This document shows positions 26,234 through 40,000 of a DNA stretch of 64,000 bases, piece after piece. Source of the stretch: Dictyostelium discoideum. Its lineage: Eukaryota. The stretch lies in assembly GCA_000004695.1 (NCBI GenBank), contig CM000151.3, positions 6,688,001 to 6,752,000 on the forward strand. Reading direction: 5' to 3'. Below the pieces are notes generated by a model. The model saw only the letters and a list, made by a program, of their open reading frames with translations, searched no databases and was not told where the DNA came from. The first letter of the stretch is position 1; every line of letters starts with the position of its first letter. The translations under genes were made by a program, and so were the position numbers.

Positions 26234-27231
26234 GGCACCTATAATTAGATTAATTTTGGGGGTTGGGTTATGATGGTTTTTTTATTTTATTTTTTTTTTT
26301 TTATTTTTTTTTTTTATTTTATTTTTTTTTCTTCCAAATTTCGAGATAACTGATCAATTATGATTATTTGAATTATGATAATATTTATTTATCTGTTTTT
26401 TATTTTTATTTTTATTATAATATTTGTGGTGATATATTATTGTGTATTGTTAAATTATAAAATTGTATAAATATATATTATTTGATTATTATTTTTATTA
26501 TTATTTTGGTTTCTAAAAAAAAAAAAATATATTAAAAAAAAAATTTAAAAAAAAAAAAAAGGTTAGAATTTTATAATAATTAAATTTTTTTTTTATAATA
26601 ATAAATTGAAAGAAAAAATCGTACAAAGTAAGAAAATGATGGAAAAAAAAAAAAAGAAAAAAAAAAAAAAAAAATTAATTATCTCAATAAAGACGAGATG
26701 TGAAAAAATATCGGGGCTTTTGAAATTTACCTAAAAATACAATAATGGGGAAATGATTTTTTTTATATATCTGTTTTTAAATTAACAATTAAAAAAAAGA
26801 AAAAAAAAAAAAAAAAAAAACTATGAAATGACCCTTTTATGCTGAATATGTGAGTTTATTAATCTATTAGTTAAGTTTTGATGTTAAATTTTTGAGTTAA
26901 AAAAAAAAATAAAAAAAAAAAATAAAACTATTAAACTGTTGTTACTAATACAAGAAAAATGATTCCAATGGTAGTAAGAAGATATTATTTTTTCTTTTTT
27001 TTTTTTTTTAAAATAAAAAAAAAATAAAAAAAAAAAATAAAAAAAAATAAAAAATAAAAAACAGAAAAAAAATCAAAAAAAAAAAAAAAATTAATTTGAT
27101 GGTTTTTTTTATGTGATTGTTAGATTTTTTTTTTTGATATTTTTTTTAAAAAGAAAAAAAATTGACTTTAAATTAAAAAAAAAAAAATAGATATAAGAAA
27201 ACCTACATAATTGGTTTCAAAAAAAGAAGTG

Positions 27232-27267
<36 letters not shown>

Positions 27268-27819
27268 AAATATTGGATATAAAAAAAAAAAAAATAGAAA
27301 ATAAAAATAAATTATTATTATAAAAAATTTAAAGGCTTGTGTGTATGTAATTTTCTTTTTCCCACAACGATTAATGTGGCAAATTTTTTGACACAACCAA
27401 TTTTTCTTTTTTTTTTTTTTTTTTTTTAATTTAAATTTTGATTTTTAAAGAATTTATGAACGAAATAATTTAGCGAGGTGTAAATATTGACATTAATTCA
27501 ATATGCTTTGATGGTCTTAATTGAAAAAAAAAAAATTAAAAAAATAAACTGCCAATCAACTTTATTTTTTTTTTTTCAAAATCCAAACAGTCAAATTAAG
27601 TTTTGAAAAAAAATCTTTTTTTTTTTTTTTTTTTTTTATTATACTTTTAGTTTATCGTTTTGGTTATTTTTTTTTTTTTATTTTATTTTTTTTTCCAATT
27701 ACTGTTTAAAGGAGATTTTAATTTATCCTTTGGTTTTTTTATTATTATTATTTTTTTATTATTTATTAAATTATTAATCAATAATGGCCAATAAAAGAAG
27801 ATTTTTTTTTTTTTTGACT

Positions 27820-27858
<39 letters not shown>

Positions 27859-28160
27859 AAACAAAAATATGATTTTTTTTCTAATAAAACTTTCAATTAA
27901 AAAGATCTTTTTAGACCAAATGAATTTCCCGTATCAATAATTAAATATTATCTTAATGATTTTTTTTTTTTTTTTTTAATTACTCTTTATATATTATTTT
28001 ATATTATTTTTAAATTTTTACCATTCATATACTTTTGGTGAATTTGGTTTCTTAATATTTTTTATATGCACCAAATAGAGGTTTAAAAAAAAAAAAAAAA
28101 TGAAAAAAAAAAACAAAAAAATAAATAAATAAAAAAAAAAAAAAAAAATACAAATACAAA

Positions 28161-28201
<41 letters not shown>

Positions 28202-28478
28202 AAAAAGAAAAAAGAAAAAAAAAAAAATTGGAGCTTTTTTTTTTTTTTTTTGCAAAAAAAAATTTTTTAAATGATGTTTTTTCTTTTTTAAAAGAATTTA
28301 TTTATTTATTTAACTAGTTTTAATTACCAACACGCAAATATTTTTTTTTTCCTAAAATGATTAAGATAAAATTTTTTTTTTAAAAAAAAAAAATCATAAA
28401 AAAAAAAAAATCAATCAACCTTTAACAACTGTTGTTTAAACACTTTATATTGAGAATTTAAAATATTTGTTATTTTTA

Positions 28479-28486
28479 TTATTATA

Positions 28487-28575
<89 letters not shown>
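28479..28575. repeat. (ATT)n microsatellite of ~32 units. A second copy lies at 29101..29150.
   Basis: Perfect trinucleotide repeat visible in the sequence. Confidence 0.9.
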
Positions 28576-28576
<1 letters not shown>

Positions 28577-28630
28577 ATTTAGTATCACTCTAAAGTAGTA
28601 ATAATGTATTTTTTTAATTTTTTTATTTTT

Positions 28631-28670
<40 letters not shown>

Positions 28671-28792
28671 AAATTAAATTTTTAAGTGGTGTAAATAGTT
28701 GTTTATTTAAATTGTTTAATTATTTAAATAATTATTTAAATATATAAACATATTGAATAAAATAATAAAAATAAATATATAAAAAAATAAAT

Positions 28793-28829
<37 letters not shown>

Positions 28830-29095
28830 TAAATGGAGCGTGACGGCATTTTTTTTTTTTTTTTTTTTTTTTTTTCTGATATTGTCAAATTTTGCTTTAG
28901 TCTCCAATTAAAATTTTTTAGGATGACATTGGTATGTTTAAGTTATTGTTTTTGGTGTATCAACATTAACTTAATAAAAATGATAAAAATAAATTTATTC
29001 ATATTCTATTATGAGTGTGGTACAAGTGTGGGAACAAAAATATAATTTTTTTATTTTTTTTTTTTATTAATACTATTAATCTTGTTAAATATTAC

Positions 29096-29144
<49 letters not shown>

Positions 29145-29966
29145 TTTATTTTTTTGAAAAAAAGTTATAGTGGTTTATTTTTGTAAAAATAATTATTTAA
29201 ATGGTTTTCTTTTTTCTTTTTTCTTTTTTTTTTATTTATTTTTTTTTATTTATTTTATTTTTCCATTTAATTATAACAAATAAAAATAGAATAAAATTAA
29301 AATAAATATTACAATTTTAAATAAAAAAATTATAGATAAAAACTTGATTGAAAAAAGATAATTCACATTGAATATAGTAATAAAATTATTAATTTCATTA
29401 AAAATACTTTTTGAGGAAAAATGATAATTTATAAAGAAAATAATATCATATATTAAATAAAATAAATTTAAAATAAATAAATCTTTATAAATTTGTGAAT
29501 ATTAAACAAAATTTACTATTTTTAAATTTTTTTTATTATTTTCATTTTTTTTTTTTTTATTTTTTTTTTTTTTTATTTTTTTTTTATTTATTTATTTATA
29601 TATATATTTTTATATATTTTTTTTTTCCAAATCACCCACACCAAAAAAAAAAATGAAAAAGTGTGTACCACACCACACGACAACAAATAAATAAAAATAA
29701 ATAAATAAAATAAATGAATTAAAATAAAAAAAAAAAATAAAAAAAATAAAAATAGAAAATAATTTATACAATAGTTTTATTTAATTTTTTTTATTTGTTA
29801 ATTTTACTTTCCTTTTCCAAATTTTTTTGGTAGTTCATCTTTTTCATCTTTTGTTAATGATTGTTTTGTTAATTTTGCATAAATTCTTCTTAATTCATTG
29901 GTTCTAAATAAAAATTTTAAATAAATTTTTTTTTTTTTTTGTTAATAAAATATTTACAAATTTGTT

Positions 29967-30006
<40 letters not shown>

Positions 30007-30007
<1 letters not shown>

Positions 30008-31022
30008 CATAAATAAAATATTTTAAAAATACAATACAATAAATTTCTTTCAATTAAATCTTTTAATATAAATTGTTGAACTTCTTTAACTTTTGAATTT
30101 TCCTTATTATCTAAAGTTAATACTAAAATATTTGGAGCAGATTTGAATACTTGAAGAGTTTTTAGAGCAGCTATTGGAAAACTCCATTTTACTTTTCCAA
30201 TTTCTAAAGAGGGAGTTTTGATACTGATATTGTAGCATCTTTCAGTTGAGACCAATATACATCTAATTTGATTCTTACCTTTTCTATTGGTTTTATATGC
30301 ATAGATGTGAAGTTGATAAATTGCAGGAGCCGGTATAAATGTTGATTCAAAATATTTTTGAAATGTTTGTCTAGTTAATAAACGTAATGAAACCAACCAC
30401 TGATCCCTGATTTCCTCTGACTCTGTTATAAATATTTTCTCTGATATATAATTATCATTGCTTATTCCTCCACTACCACTACCACCACCACTGCCACCGC
30501 CACCGCCACCTCCACCTCCACCACCTCCGCCAGATGAGGATGAGGATGATGACGAGGATCCTCTTTTTGAACTACTGCTAGATAAACGTGATTGAATCGT
30601 TGGTGAATCAGGTGGTGACATTTCTGGATTATTATTATTATCAAAACCACCACCGCCATTATGATTACCATTACTACCACCACCACCACTCACTAATCCA
30701 CCAACTAATGATGGTGTTTGTTTTACATGATATACAATTCTTAATGTCTTTGGATCTGGTGATTCATCTCCCTCTATTGAATGCATATCAAATAAATCTA
30801 TTGACCATATCTTTTTTAATGTATCTGAATCCACTTTATAAAACCTGTTTGATGTTAATAATCCAATAAATGTTGTTTCTTTTAATTTTTGAATAATTAA
30901 AAATAAAAATAAAAAAACCAAAAAAAAAATATTTTTGGATTGAAAAAAAAAAAAAAAAAAAAAAAGTTAATAAAAAATTAATATCTCTTATTTTTATTTG
31001 AATTCATATGAAATTTCATTTT

Positions 31023-31064
<42 letters not shown>

Positions 31065-31262
31065 ACCTGAAGATTTATTTTTTAAAAAAGTTGCATGTGT
31101 TATATATCTTTCATCTAATGGAATTATTTTTTCAAATTTTGAGGGACATGGAAATACAACTGAATCTCCATATTTATCTTCTAAATCACGACTATTTCTA
31201 TTATTTGATATTGATGATGAAGAAATAGATGGTGAAATTGAAACTGATGAAGATAATGACAT
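30007..31262 (-). CDS. Hypothetical PH-like-domain protein, 355 aa, with an internal Gly/Ser-rich insertion. Exons (minus strand): 31262..31067 and 30878..30007, with intron 31066..30879 (GTAAAT...AAAAG, phase 1).
   Basis: Exon 1 reads MSLSSSVSISPS…ERYITHATFLKNKSSG. Exon 2's 'start' in the ORF track is a TTG, so the true exon begins at the acceptor at 30878, giving …KNKSSG|ETTFIGLLTSNRFYKVDSDTLKKIWSIDLFDMHSIEGD… Later, …ISEKIFITESEEIRDQWLVSLRLL… resembles a PH-domain C-terminal helix. The domain call is tentative. Confidence 0.5.
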
Positions 31263-31343
31263 TATTTAAAAATAGATTCTTTCTTTTTTTTTTTTTTTTT
31301 TTTCTTTTTTTTTATATATAAAATTTTTATTTAATATTTATTC

Positions 31344-31375
<32 letters not shown>

Positions 31376-32251
31376 TTATTGATTTGTGATTTTGTAAAAT
31401 AAATTTGTGCAAATGTGTAATATGTTTTTTTAATTTCTTCTATTGAGGTAAAACAAAAAAAAAAATTTTTCAAAAAAAAAAAAAATTAAAAAAATTAAAA
31501 AAAAAAAAAAATTAAAAAATTAAAAAAAAACAAAAATTAAAAATAGTTTTTTTATTTCTTTCCAAAATTATAAAGAAAACATGTAATATTCAAACAAAAA
31601 AAAAAAAAAAAAAAAAAATCATATATCTGTTTTCTTGTGTGGGTTTTTTTTTTTTTTTTTATTTTAATAAATTAATTTTTTTATTTTTATTTTTATTTTT
31701 TTTTTTATTTTTTTTTGAAAATTTTATAATTGTTTAAATAATGACCCCATCTAAATTTTATCTACACCCCCATTGATGAAATTAGTAATTAGCTTTCCTC
31801 TTATAATATATTTTATATTTCAAAAATAAAAATAAAATAAAAAAATAAAATTAATTTTGTTTTGGGTAAATAATAATAATATTAATAATAATAATAATGA
31901 TAATAATAATAATAATAATTAAATAAATCTAATAAAAAATACTCTCAATTATTAATTCACTTAAAAATAAAAATAATAAATAAAACACTAAATCATTTTC
32001 AAATAAAATTTTTTTTAATTTTTTCTTTACAAATTATTATCATCATAATTTTTTTTTTTTTTTGATTGACTAAATTATAATTTTTTTCTTTGGATTGGAT
32101 TAAAATTTTTTCCAATTTTTCCAAAAATGGAGTTTTTTTTTTTTTTTTATTTTTTTTTTTTATTTTTTTTTTATTTATTTTTTTTTTTTTTGAATTTTTT
32201 TTTTTTTTTTTTTTTTTTTTTTGAAAAATTTATATTAATTCCACAGACAAC

Positions 32252-33431
<1,180 letters not shown>

Positions 33432-34151
33432 AACATAATAAAGAAGTTTCTTGAAATTTACCTAAATCGCCTAGTTTTTTTTTTTTTTTTTTTTTTTTTT
33501 CGACTGGATATCAATTATTGATAGAGAATCTATGGTTCATTCAAGTATGGAAATACAATTTCAAATAATCAATTCACCTATTATCCATCTGAAATTAATG
33601 GCTTAAAACCTTAAACAGATTATGTTCAATTTAATTGTGAAAATATTGATTCACCAAATAAAGCAGCCACTACAACTATATCAATTTCCTTTTTCTTTTC
33701 TATTTATTAATAATATAATTGTTTCGTTTTCTTATATTTTAATTTTCATTTAATAAAATATTATTATTTTAATTTAATTTTTCACTTTTTTTTTTTGAGT
33801 GTCCAATTATTTTTTTTATTTTTTTTATTTAAATAATTCAATAGTAAATGGTAATTTATATAATTTACTATTTAATTATTTAATTTATAAAAAAAAAATA
33901 ATAAGAATCTGGATTCAAAGTAGAATTTTTTTCATTTCCGAGCCAGTAATCATTTTTTTTTTTTTTTTTTTGCGATTTCCTGGGAAATAAGGAAAAAAAA
34001 AATAATAAAAATAAGTGTCTTGGTGAAGTTTTTCTTTAGGAATTGGGAAAAATGAGAATTGGAAAAAAAAAAAAAAAGAAAAAAAAAAAAAAATAAAAAC
34101 TAAATAAATAAATATTTTTCTCATTTGACATTGAAAGAAAAGTTTAGAAAA

Positions 34152-35135
34152 ATGAAACATATATTATTTTTAGTTTTATTGGTTTTAAGTTTTACAGAAA
34201 AATGCCTGTAAATATGATTTATTATTTTTTACAATTTTATTTTTATTTTTATTTCTAATCACCATAATTTTTTAAATCTTAGTCTTTTAACATTTATTTT
34301 TATTGTGGATATCAATATAATATAACCATTGAAACAAATAACCCTCCAATTACCCAAATATCAGGACATACCAATTTTAATATAATTGTTCCAATGACAT
34401 TTAATTCTACACACTATAGTATGGAGCTTTCATCATATTTTACAAGTTATCAAAGTTCATTCAATGTAATGGTAAGTTTTAATAGATTCGAAAGTACAGC
34501 TCAACATGTTTTTACAATTATGCCTCCAAATTTCGAAGGTGTCAAATCAATCAGTAACGATTTAACTCAATTTGAAATAATAGGAAATGGACTTAAACAT
34601 AACAATTTTTACAATTTTTTAAAAGATATTCGATGTGACCAAGATATGAGTTTTGATCCAAGTAAGGAACGTTTTGTGTGCTATTCAGCTTTTTCAAATA
34701 GTTGTTTTAGTTTTGGATATTCCAATAAATTTTTTAATTTAACTAACCAATATTTTTTTTTCTGCTGGTATGTATGCATTAAAAGTATTTTAATTAAAAT
34801 AAAAATAATTTTTTCTTTATTTGATTAACAATTTTAAAAATATTAGTACCCACTATAAATTCAATTGAAAGAATAGGTTCATTTTTACTTATTGATGCAG
34901 AATTCCATTGTCAAAACTATGTGGATAGTATTAGAAAAGGTATTTCCATAGGAGCAAGAATTATATGGTTCACTCGAGAATGCAAATAGAAATTCAAAAA
35001 CACAATACACATTTGATCCAGAATCATATGATTTCTCTATGTGCTTAGAGAATGATAATTACAACATCTCTTTGATTTCTGATATTAAATCTCAAACAAA
35101 TTATTCAAGCCATGTTATATTGTGAAAAAGGTTAT
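34152..35135 (+). pseudogene. Putative secreted-protein gene with inconsistent reading frames, a possible pseudogene or unresolved model. It has a signal-peptide exon (34152..34207), a long open exon (34283..~34775) and two further coding-like blocks (34850..34981, 34996..35133) in different frames.
   Basis: MKHILFLVLLVLSFTEKC is signal-peptide-like and is followed by GTAAAT…CTTAG. The next frame opens exactly at the acceptor (SFNIYFYCGYQYN…FNVMVSFNRFESTAQHVFTIMPPNFEGVKS…RFVCYSAFSNSCFSFGYSNKFFNLTNQYFFFCW), but its phase does not match exon 1. Downstream segments (…IERIGSFLLIDAEFHCQNYVDSIRKGISIGARIIWFTREC… and …FDPESYDFSMCLENDNYNISLISDIKSQTNYSSHVIL) are coding-like but need at least one frameshift to join. 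Confidence 0.3.
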
Positions 35136-36082
35136 AGTAATGAACTTAGTAACAAAGATATCTACAATTTCCTTATTCTCTTTTATATTTATTTTATTAA
35201 TATAAAAACCTCAATAATGTAATAAATAAAATATTTTTAATAAAATTTAATATACATATATCTTTTTTTTTATTATTTTATTTTGATTTTAAGGTGTTTT
35301 TTTTTTTTTTTTTTTAAAATATAATAAACATTAATAATTTTCAACAAAGGTTGAAATTTCCACAATAGAATAAACATTAATAATTAAAATAGATTATTTT
35401 AATGTTATGTTTTAGCTGATCTTACAATTTCTCCACGAATACAAGTAGTTCAAATCGCAAAAGACTAATAGATTTTAATCTGTTTAATTTTTTTTAAAAG
35501 GGTAAAAAAAAGATTGTTAATTTAAAAAAGATTTGTCTCTGTTCCCCTTAATATTATGAATGATCTTTTTTTGTAGCACCATAATGATTTTTTTTTATTA
35601 TTTATTAATCAAAATGTTTATCCATTAAAGTAAATAAACAGTAATTAATAAGTTAATTTATGAATTTTTAATTTTTTTGAAATAAAATTATTTTGATTTA
35701 GATTTAAATACAGATATTTTATTATAGATCATCTAATCAGAATTTTGATTTTTTAAAAAATATGTTGTTCCTATTATTGCTGTTAATGTTTTTTTTACAG
35801 AGTTAATTCTAAATTTTTTGCTTTTTTAATATATTCTAGAGTGGCTAGTTTGTACCATTAGTTGAGAAGGGTTGGGAATGATAGCTTTTCACCTGTAGAT
35901 GGTTTGTCGTTATATAATTCCAGAAATACATTATTCGTGAACATAAGGAACAAAATCAAACAGCTCAGAATATCTGGATGATTAACCAATTGACGCACGC
36001 ATAAGGAACAAAATCAATAATGGTACGAAATTCACAAACAAGATGCAAAAACTCCAATGACAGGAAAGTTCTAATTTTGAAA

Positions 36083-36094
36083 GGGATTCGAACC
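36083..36094 (-). promoter_or_regulatory. External B box (GGTTCGAATCCC) 36 nt downstream of tRNA-Arg.
   Basis: The plus strand reads gggattcgaacc. It is in the same arrangement as the tRNA-Gln ex-B box. Confidence 0.6.
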
Positions 36095-36129
36095 AGTGAT
36101 TTTATTTCGGGTTTGGTTGAAAAATTATA

Positions 36130-36203
36130 CGAGACCATCAGGGGTCGAACCTGAGACCTACCGGTTCGTAGCCGGTCGTTATATCCAACTAAACTATAGT
36201 CCC
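36130..36203 (-). tRNA. tRNA-Arg (anticodon ACG), 74 nt.
   Basis: The minus strand reads GGGACTATAGTTTAGTTGGATATAACGACCGGCTACGAACCGGTAGGTCTCAGGTTCGACCCCTGATGGTCTCG. The anticodon stem ACCGG/CCGGT with loop CTACGAA gives ACG, the T-arm is TCAGG-TTCGACC-CCTGA, and the acceptor stem has two G-U pairs. The 3' half closely resembles animal tRNA-Arg-ACG. Confidence 0.85.
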
Positions 36204-36903
36204 TTTGATATTTTTATTATTTAAATGCCAAAATAATTCTGTTAATTCTATTATCTATTATTTCCTTATTTTAGTGACTAAATTTATTACATTTAAATTA
36301 ATTATAAAAAATCTTATATCATTTTTATTTGTCTTGACCAGTTGCATGTCAGTCAGTACAAGAGCAAAACCTCAACAAAAAAATATTTCTCAAAAAATTT
36401 AAAAAAAATCACACTAGTAAAAGTTGTATTAAAAATTAAGGCTCATGGAATTAAAAACTCTATATCATATGAGAAAAAGCATCCCTATGGAGAAGTAACT
36501 TAAAATTTCTTTATTCAATTCAAAAAAAAAATCAAACTCTTCATTTAAATAATTTATATCAACTTTTAATAATAGAAGCAAAAAAAAGATTAATTCTTAA
36601 AATGATAACCTCTTTAATTTTAAGTTTTCTTGTGTCAAACCTTATTAATAATTTTCTTAAAATTAACCATATCAAATTTCCCTAAAAAAATAAAAATAGA
36701 ATTCTATTTTGGGAAGTGTGGTAAAAAAAAAAAAAAAAAAAAAAATTTAATAAAATCGGGTGTTTGGATAAAAAAAACAAAAAATCCAACAAAAATAAAA
36801 ATTATATAAATATTTATATTATTTTTAAAAATATAAATCATATAACAATTTCTCCCAACATTTAAATTATTACTCTAAAACTATTATTTTTTTTTTTAAT
36901 AAA

Positions 36904-38110
36904 ATGTATAAAATATCATTTTTTATTTTTATGGTATGTTTATTACTGACAAAATTAAATTATAAGGTATTTGCTGATAGTAGTTCATCAAATCCAACAT
37001 TACCAACAAATTGCAATGGCGTTGAATGTCCAATGACAGTGGTCTGTGGGATAGGATATAAACCACATATACCCCCTGGTGAATGTTGTCCAACTACATG
37101 TGAATGTGATACAACCTATCAATGTCCATTACTTGGATGTCCACCAGAAACTTATTATTATACCGCTCCAGGTAATTATAATTTTAATCATCACCATTTT
37201 TTTTTATTATTAATTAAAAAAAAAAAAAAATTATTAATTTTGTTAAATTATTTCCAAGGTGATTGTTGTGCAAGTAAGTGTGTTTGTAATTCAACCTATC
37301 CATGTCCACTTTTAGGTTGTGGTCCAGGCTATACCCCTTATACTCAACAAGGTAAAATTTTGTTTTTTAATCTTTTTTTTATAAAAATAATTCATTAATA
37401 TAAATAGAAATACTTTACAGGTGATTGTTGTCCAAACAAATGTGTATGTGATTCAAGTTATCAATGTCCTTTATTAGGTTGTCCCCCAAACACAATAACC
37501 TATACCAAACCAGGTAAATTTTTTTTTTTTTTAATTTTTTTTTTTTTTTTTAAAAAACTATTAATAAATTATTTTTTTATTTTTTTATTTTTTTTTTATT
37601 AATCTAGGTGATTGTTGTCCAAGTGAATGTATTCCAGATTGTAACGAAAATCAACCATGTCCAATTTTAAATTGTGCCACAAGTTTTATACCATATACTG
37701 AACCAGGTAAATTTTTTTATTTTGTTTTTTATATTTTGAATTCATTTAAAACCAATAATTAATATTAATTATTGATTTTCATTCTTTATTTAAAAGGTAA
37801 TTGTTGTGCCTCAAAGTGTGTTTGTGATCCAACATATCAATGTCCACTATTAGGTTGTGAACCAGGTTACAAAGCCTTTACTGCTCCAGGTGAATGTTGT
37901 GCAAGTCAATGTGTTTGTGATCCAAATTATCCATGTCCTTTATTAGGTTGTGGACCAGGTTATATTGCCTATACTCCTCCAGGTGAATGTTGTGCTAATA
38001 AATGTATTTGTGATCCAAATTATCAATGTCCTTTATTAGGTTGTCCACCTTCCACAATTGAATATACTGCTCCAAATGCTTGTTGTCCAAGTAAATGTGT
38101 TCCAGTTTAA
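36904..38110 (+). CDS. Secreted cysteine-rich repeat protein (signal peptide plus seven ~31-aa Cys-rich modules), 288 aa. Exons: 36904..37171, 37259..37351, 37421..37513, 37608..37706 and 37797..38110, all introns phase 1.
   Basis: The signal peptide is MYKISFFIFMVCLLLTKLNYKVFA. The repeated module is G(E/D)CC(A/P)x(K/E)C(V/I)CDxxYxCPLLGCxPxxxxYTxP. Exons 2-4 each encode exactly one module and end …CCAG|GTAA, and each next exon begins GTGATTGTTGT…, so every junction rebuilds a Gly codon. The exon lengths sum to 867 nt (289 codons). Confidence 0.8.
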
Positions 38111-38245
38111 ACTAATAATTTAATTTTAATATATATATAATAAAAAAATTACTATCTATTTAAAATAATTATTTAACTGTTTTATGTTAATATATTTTTT
38201 TTTACATTTTTTTTTTTTATTTTTTTATTTTTTTTTTACAATTGT

Positions 38246-39358
38246 TTAATTATTTTTATTATTGTTATGCCATTTCATAGCAATATATGGATCCCACATT
38301 AAACCAGTTGCAGACATAGCAATATCAGCACCAGAATTTAAAAAGTCATCAAAATGCTCAGGTTTGACAATACCACCACAACCCAAAAGTTTTAATTTAC
38401 TATTTTGTTTCTTAATGATTGAAGAAGCTGTTGAAACCCAATCTAAAGCAGCAGAACGAATTGGAGCACCACAAACACCACTTGTTAAACGAGAAGCACC
38501 CAATGATGGTTCACCAGTGATTTTATCGGTGACTTTCATTGATAAAGTATTGATACCAGCAATTGCGGCAACGCCAGCTCTTTCAGCTTGTTGGAATAAT
38601 CTTTCCATTTTTTCCAAGTCATCCATAACACCAACTTTAATAATGAGTGGAATATTCTTACTCGATAACTCTTTGACCAAAGTTGAAGAGATTTCATAGA
38701 CTGCATCTGGATTATGATAGATTTGACCCTCGCCAGTGACAACATTTGGACAACTATAATTTACTTCAACCATTTTTGCACCAGCATCACATGCAATACG
38801 AACTGTATCAACAAAATCTTGAAGAAAGTCATGTGCACTACTTGCGGTACCTGTAATTGATACGATCATTGATTGACCTGAACCTAAATAACTATGTGCC
38901 AATGCTATATCCTTATAGAGGTACTCTTTTCCCATACTTGGCATACCAAATGAATTGGTAATTGCTAATTGATCCATTGTGGTTGGAATGGTTTGAGTTG
39001 CATGTAATGTTGAACCACTATCTGATTTTGTAAATTGTTTATCCTCACTTTCCAAATCTAAATACATAACATTTGGTACTGGATGACCAAAATGTTCGTG
39101 ACTTCTAATGGTCTTATATGTTGGTAAATCAAATCCTGCTTCCAATGCAAATTTAACCCATTGACTATTTAATAATGGTCCTGCTGGTACACCAATTGGA
39201 CTTGCTAATTTTTGACCTAAGAAATCGATATATTTACTTGGATCTTTATTATCATTTCTATCTACTTTTTTATATCCTTCAATGAATGGTCCATTCTCTA
39301 AATTATCTTCCCAACTTTTATTAATATCATAAATTGGTTTATTAATTGGCCATTCCAT
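38246..39358 (-). CDS. pyr4: Dihydroorotate dehydrogenase, class-1-type family with an active-site Cys; 370 aa, single exon. It is probably the pyr4 product.
   Basis: The DHOD fold motifs are …LGQKLASPIGVPAGPLLNSQWVKFALEAGFDLPTYKTIRS…, the catalytic loop NYSCPNV (class-1 enzymes have Cys here, class-2 have Ser), …LIIKVGV… and the C-terminal FMN/substrate motifs LLGCGGIV…GADIAMSATG. The symbol rests on memory that Dictyostelium PYR4 complements yeast ura1 and is ~369 aa. This gene sits head-to-head with pyr1-3. Confidence 0.75.
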   Translation of the reverse strand: MEWPINKPIYDINKSWEDNLENGPFIEGYKKVDRNDNKDPSKYIDFLGQKLASPIGVPAGPLLNSQWVKFALEAGFDLPTYKTIRSHEHFGHPVPNVMYLDLESEDKQFTKSDSGSTLHATQTIPTTMDQLAITNSFGMPSMGKEYLYKDIALAHSYLGSGQSMIVSITGTASSAHDFLQDFVDTVRIACDAGAKMVEVNYSCPNVVTGEGQIYHNPDAVYEISSTLVKELSSKNIPLIIKVGVMDDLEKMERLFQQAERAGVAAIAGINTLSMKVTDKITGEPSLGASRLTSGVCGAPIRSAALDWVSTASSIIKKQNSKLKLLGCGGIVKPEHFDDFLNSGADIAMSATGLMWDPYIAMKWHNNNKNN

Positions 39359-40000
39359 TTTTTTTTTTTTTTTCTATTATAACGAATTTGAAAAAAAGAA
39401 AAAAAAAAAAAAAAAATATAAATTTGGTAAAAAAAAGAAGTAAAATGAAATTAAAAAAAAAATTAAAAAAAAAATAAAAAATGTCGCGTTTTTTTTTTTA
39501 TTTTTTTTTAAATTTTTTATTTTATTTTTTTTTTTTTTTTTTTTTGTTGCCGAAATATATGGCAATTTCACAATCCGATTTTTTAGATCTTTTTTTAATT
39601 TTATTTATAAAAAAAAAAAAAAAAAAAAACCCTTTAATAGATATAAATCAAATATAAGTTTAATACAAAAATTAAAAAAAAAAAAAAAAAAAGAAATTTA
39701 TTATTAACTTTTTTTTTTTTTTTTTTTTTATTTATTTTTATAAAAAAACGATTTACATTACGTAGTTTAATTAATTAACACACGGAGTGACAAATTTTAA
39801 AACTGTTTCGGTTTTTTTGGACCTTCTATAAAACCGATTACGGCTATTCAAAAATCATTTTTTTTTTATTTTATTTTTTTTATTTTTTTTATTTTATTTT
39901 TATTTTTTTTTATTTTTTTTTTTTTTTCACCTTTCGTTCGCTTTTTAAAAACTTTTTTTTTTTTTTATTTTCTCTTTTTCTTTTTTTTCTTTTCTCTTTT

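Noticed and set aside
30919-30921. ORF-track 'Met' starts at 30921 (minus), 50762 (plus) and 32517 (plus)
   Set aside because: The underlying codons are TTG or GTG (bacterial start table), not ATG. These ORFs are internal exons. The true upstream exons were located by GT/AG splice-site reading (31262..31067; 50613-or-earlier to 50748; 32252..32392).
34485-34498. GTAAGTTTTAATAG inside the secreted-protein exon, which looks like a mini-intron
   Set aside because: At 14 nt it is far below the minimum Dictyostelium intron length, and the frame reads through it without a stop, so it is treated as coding.
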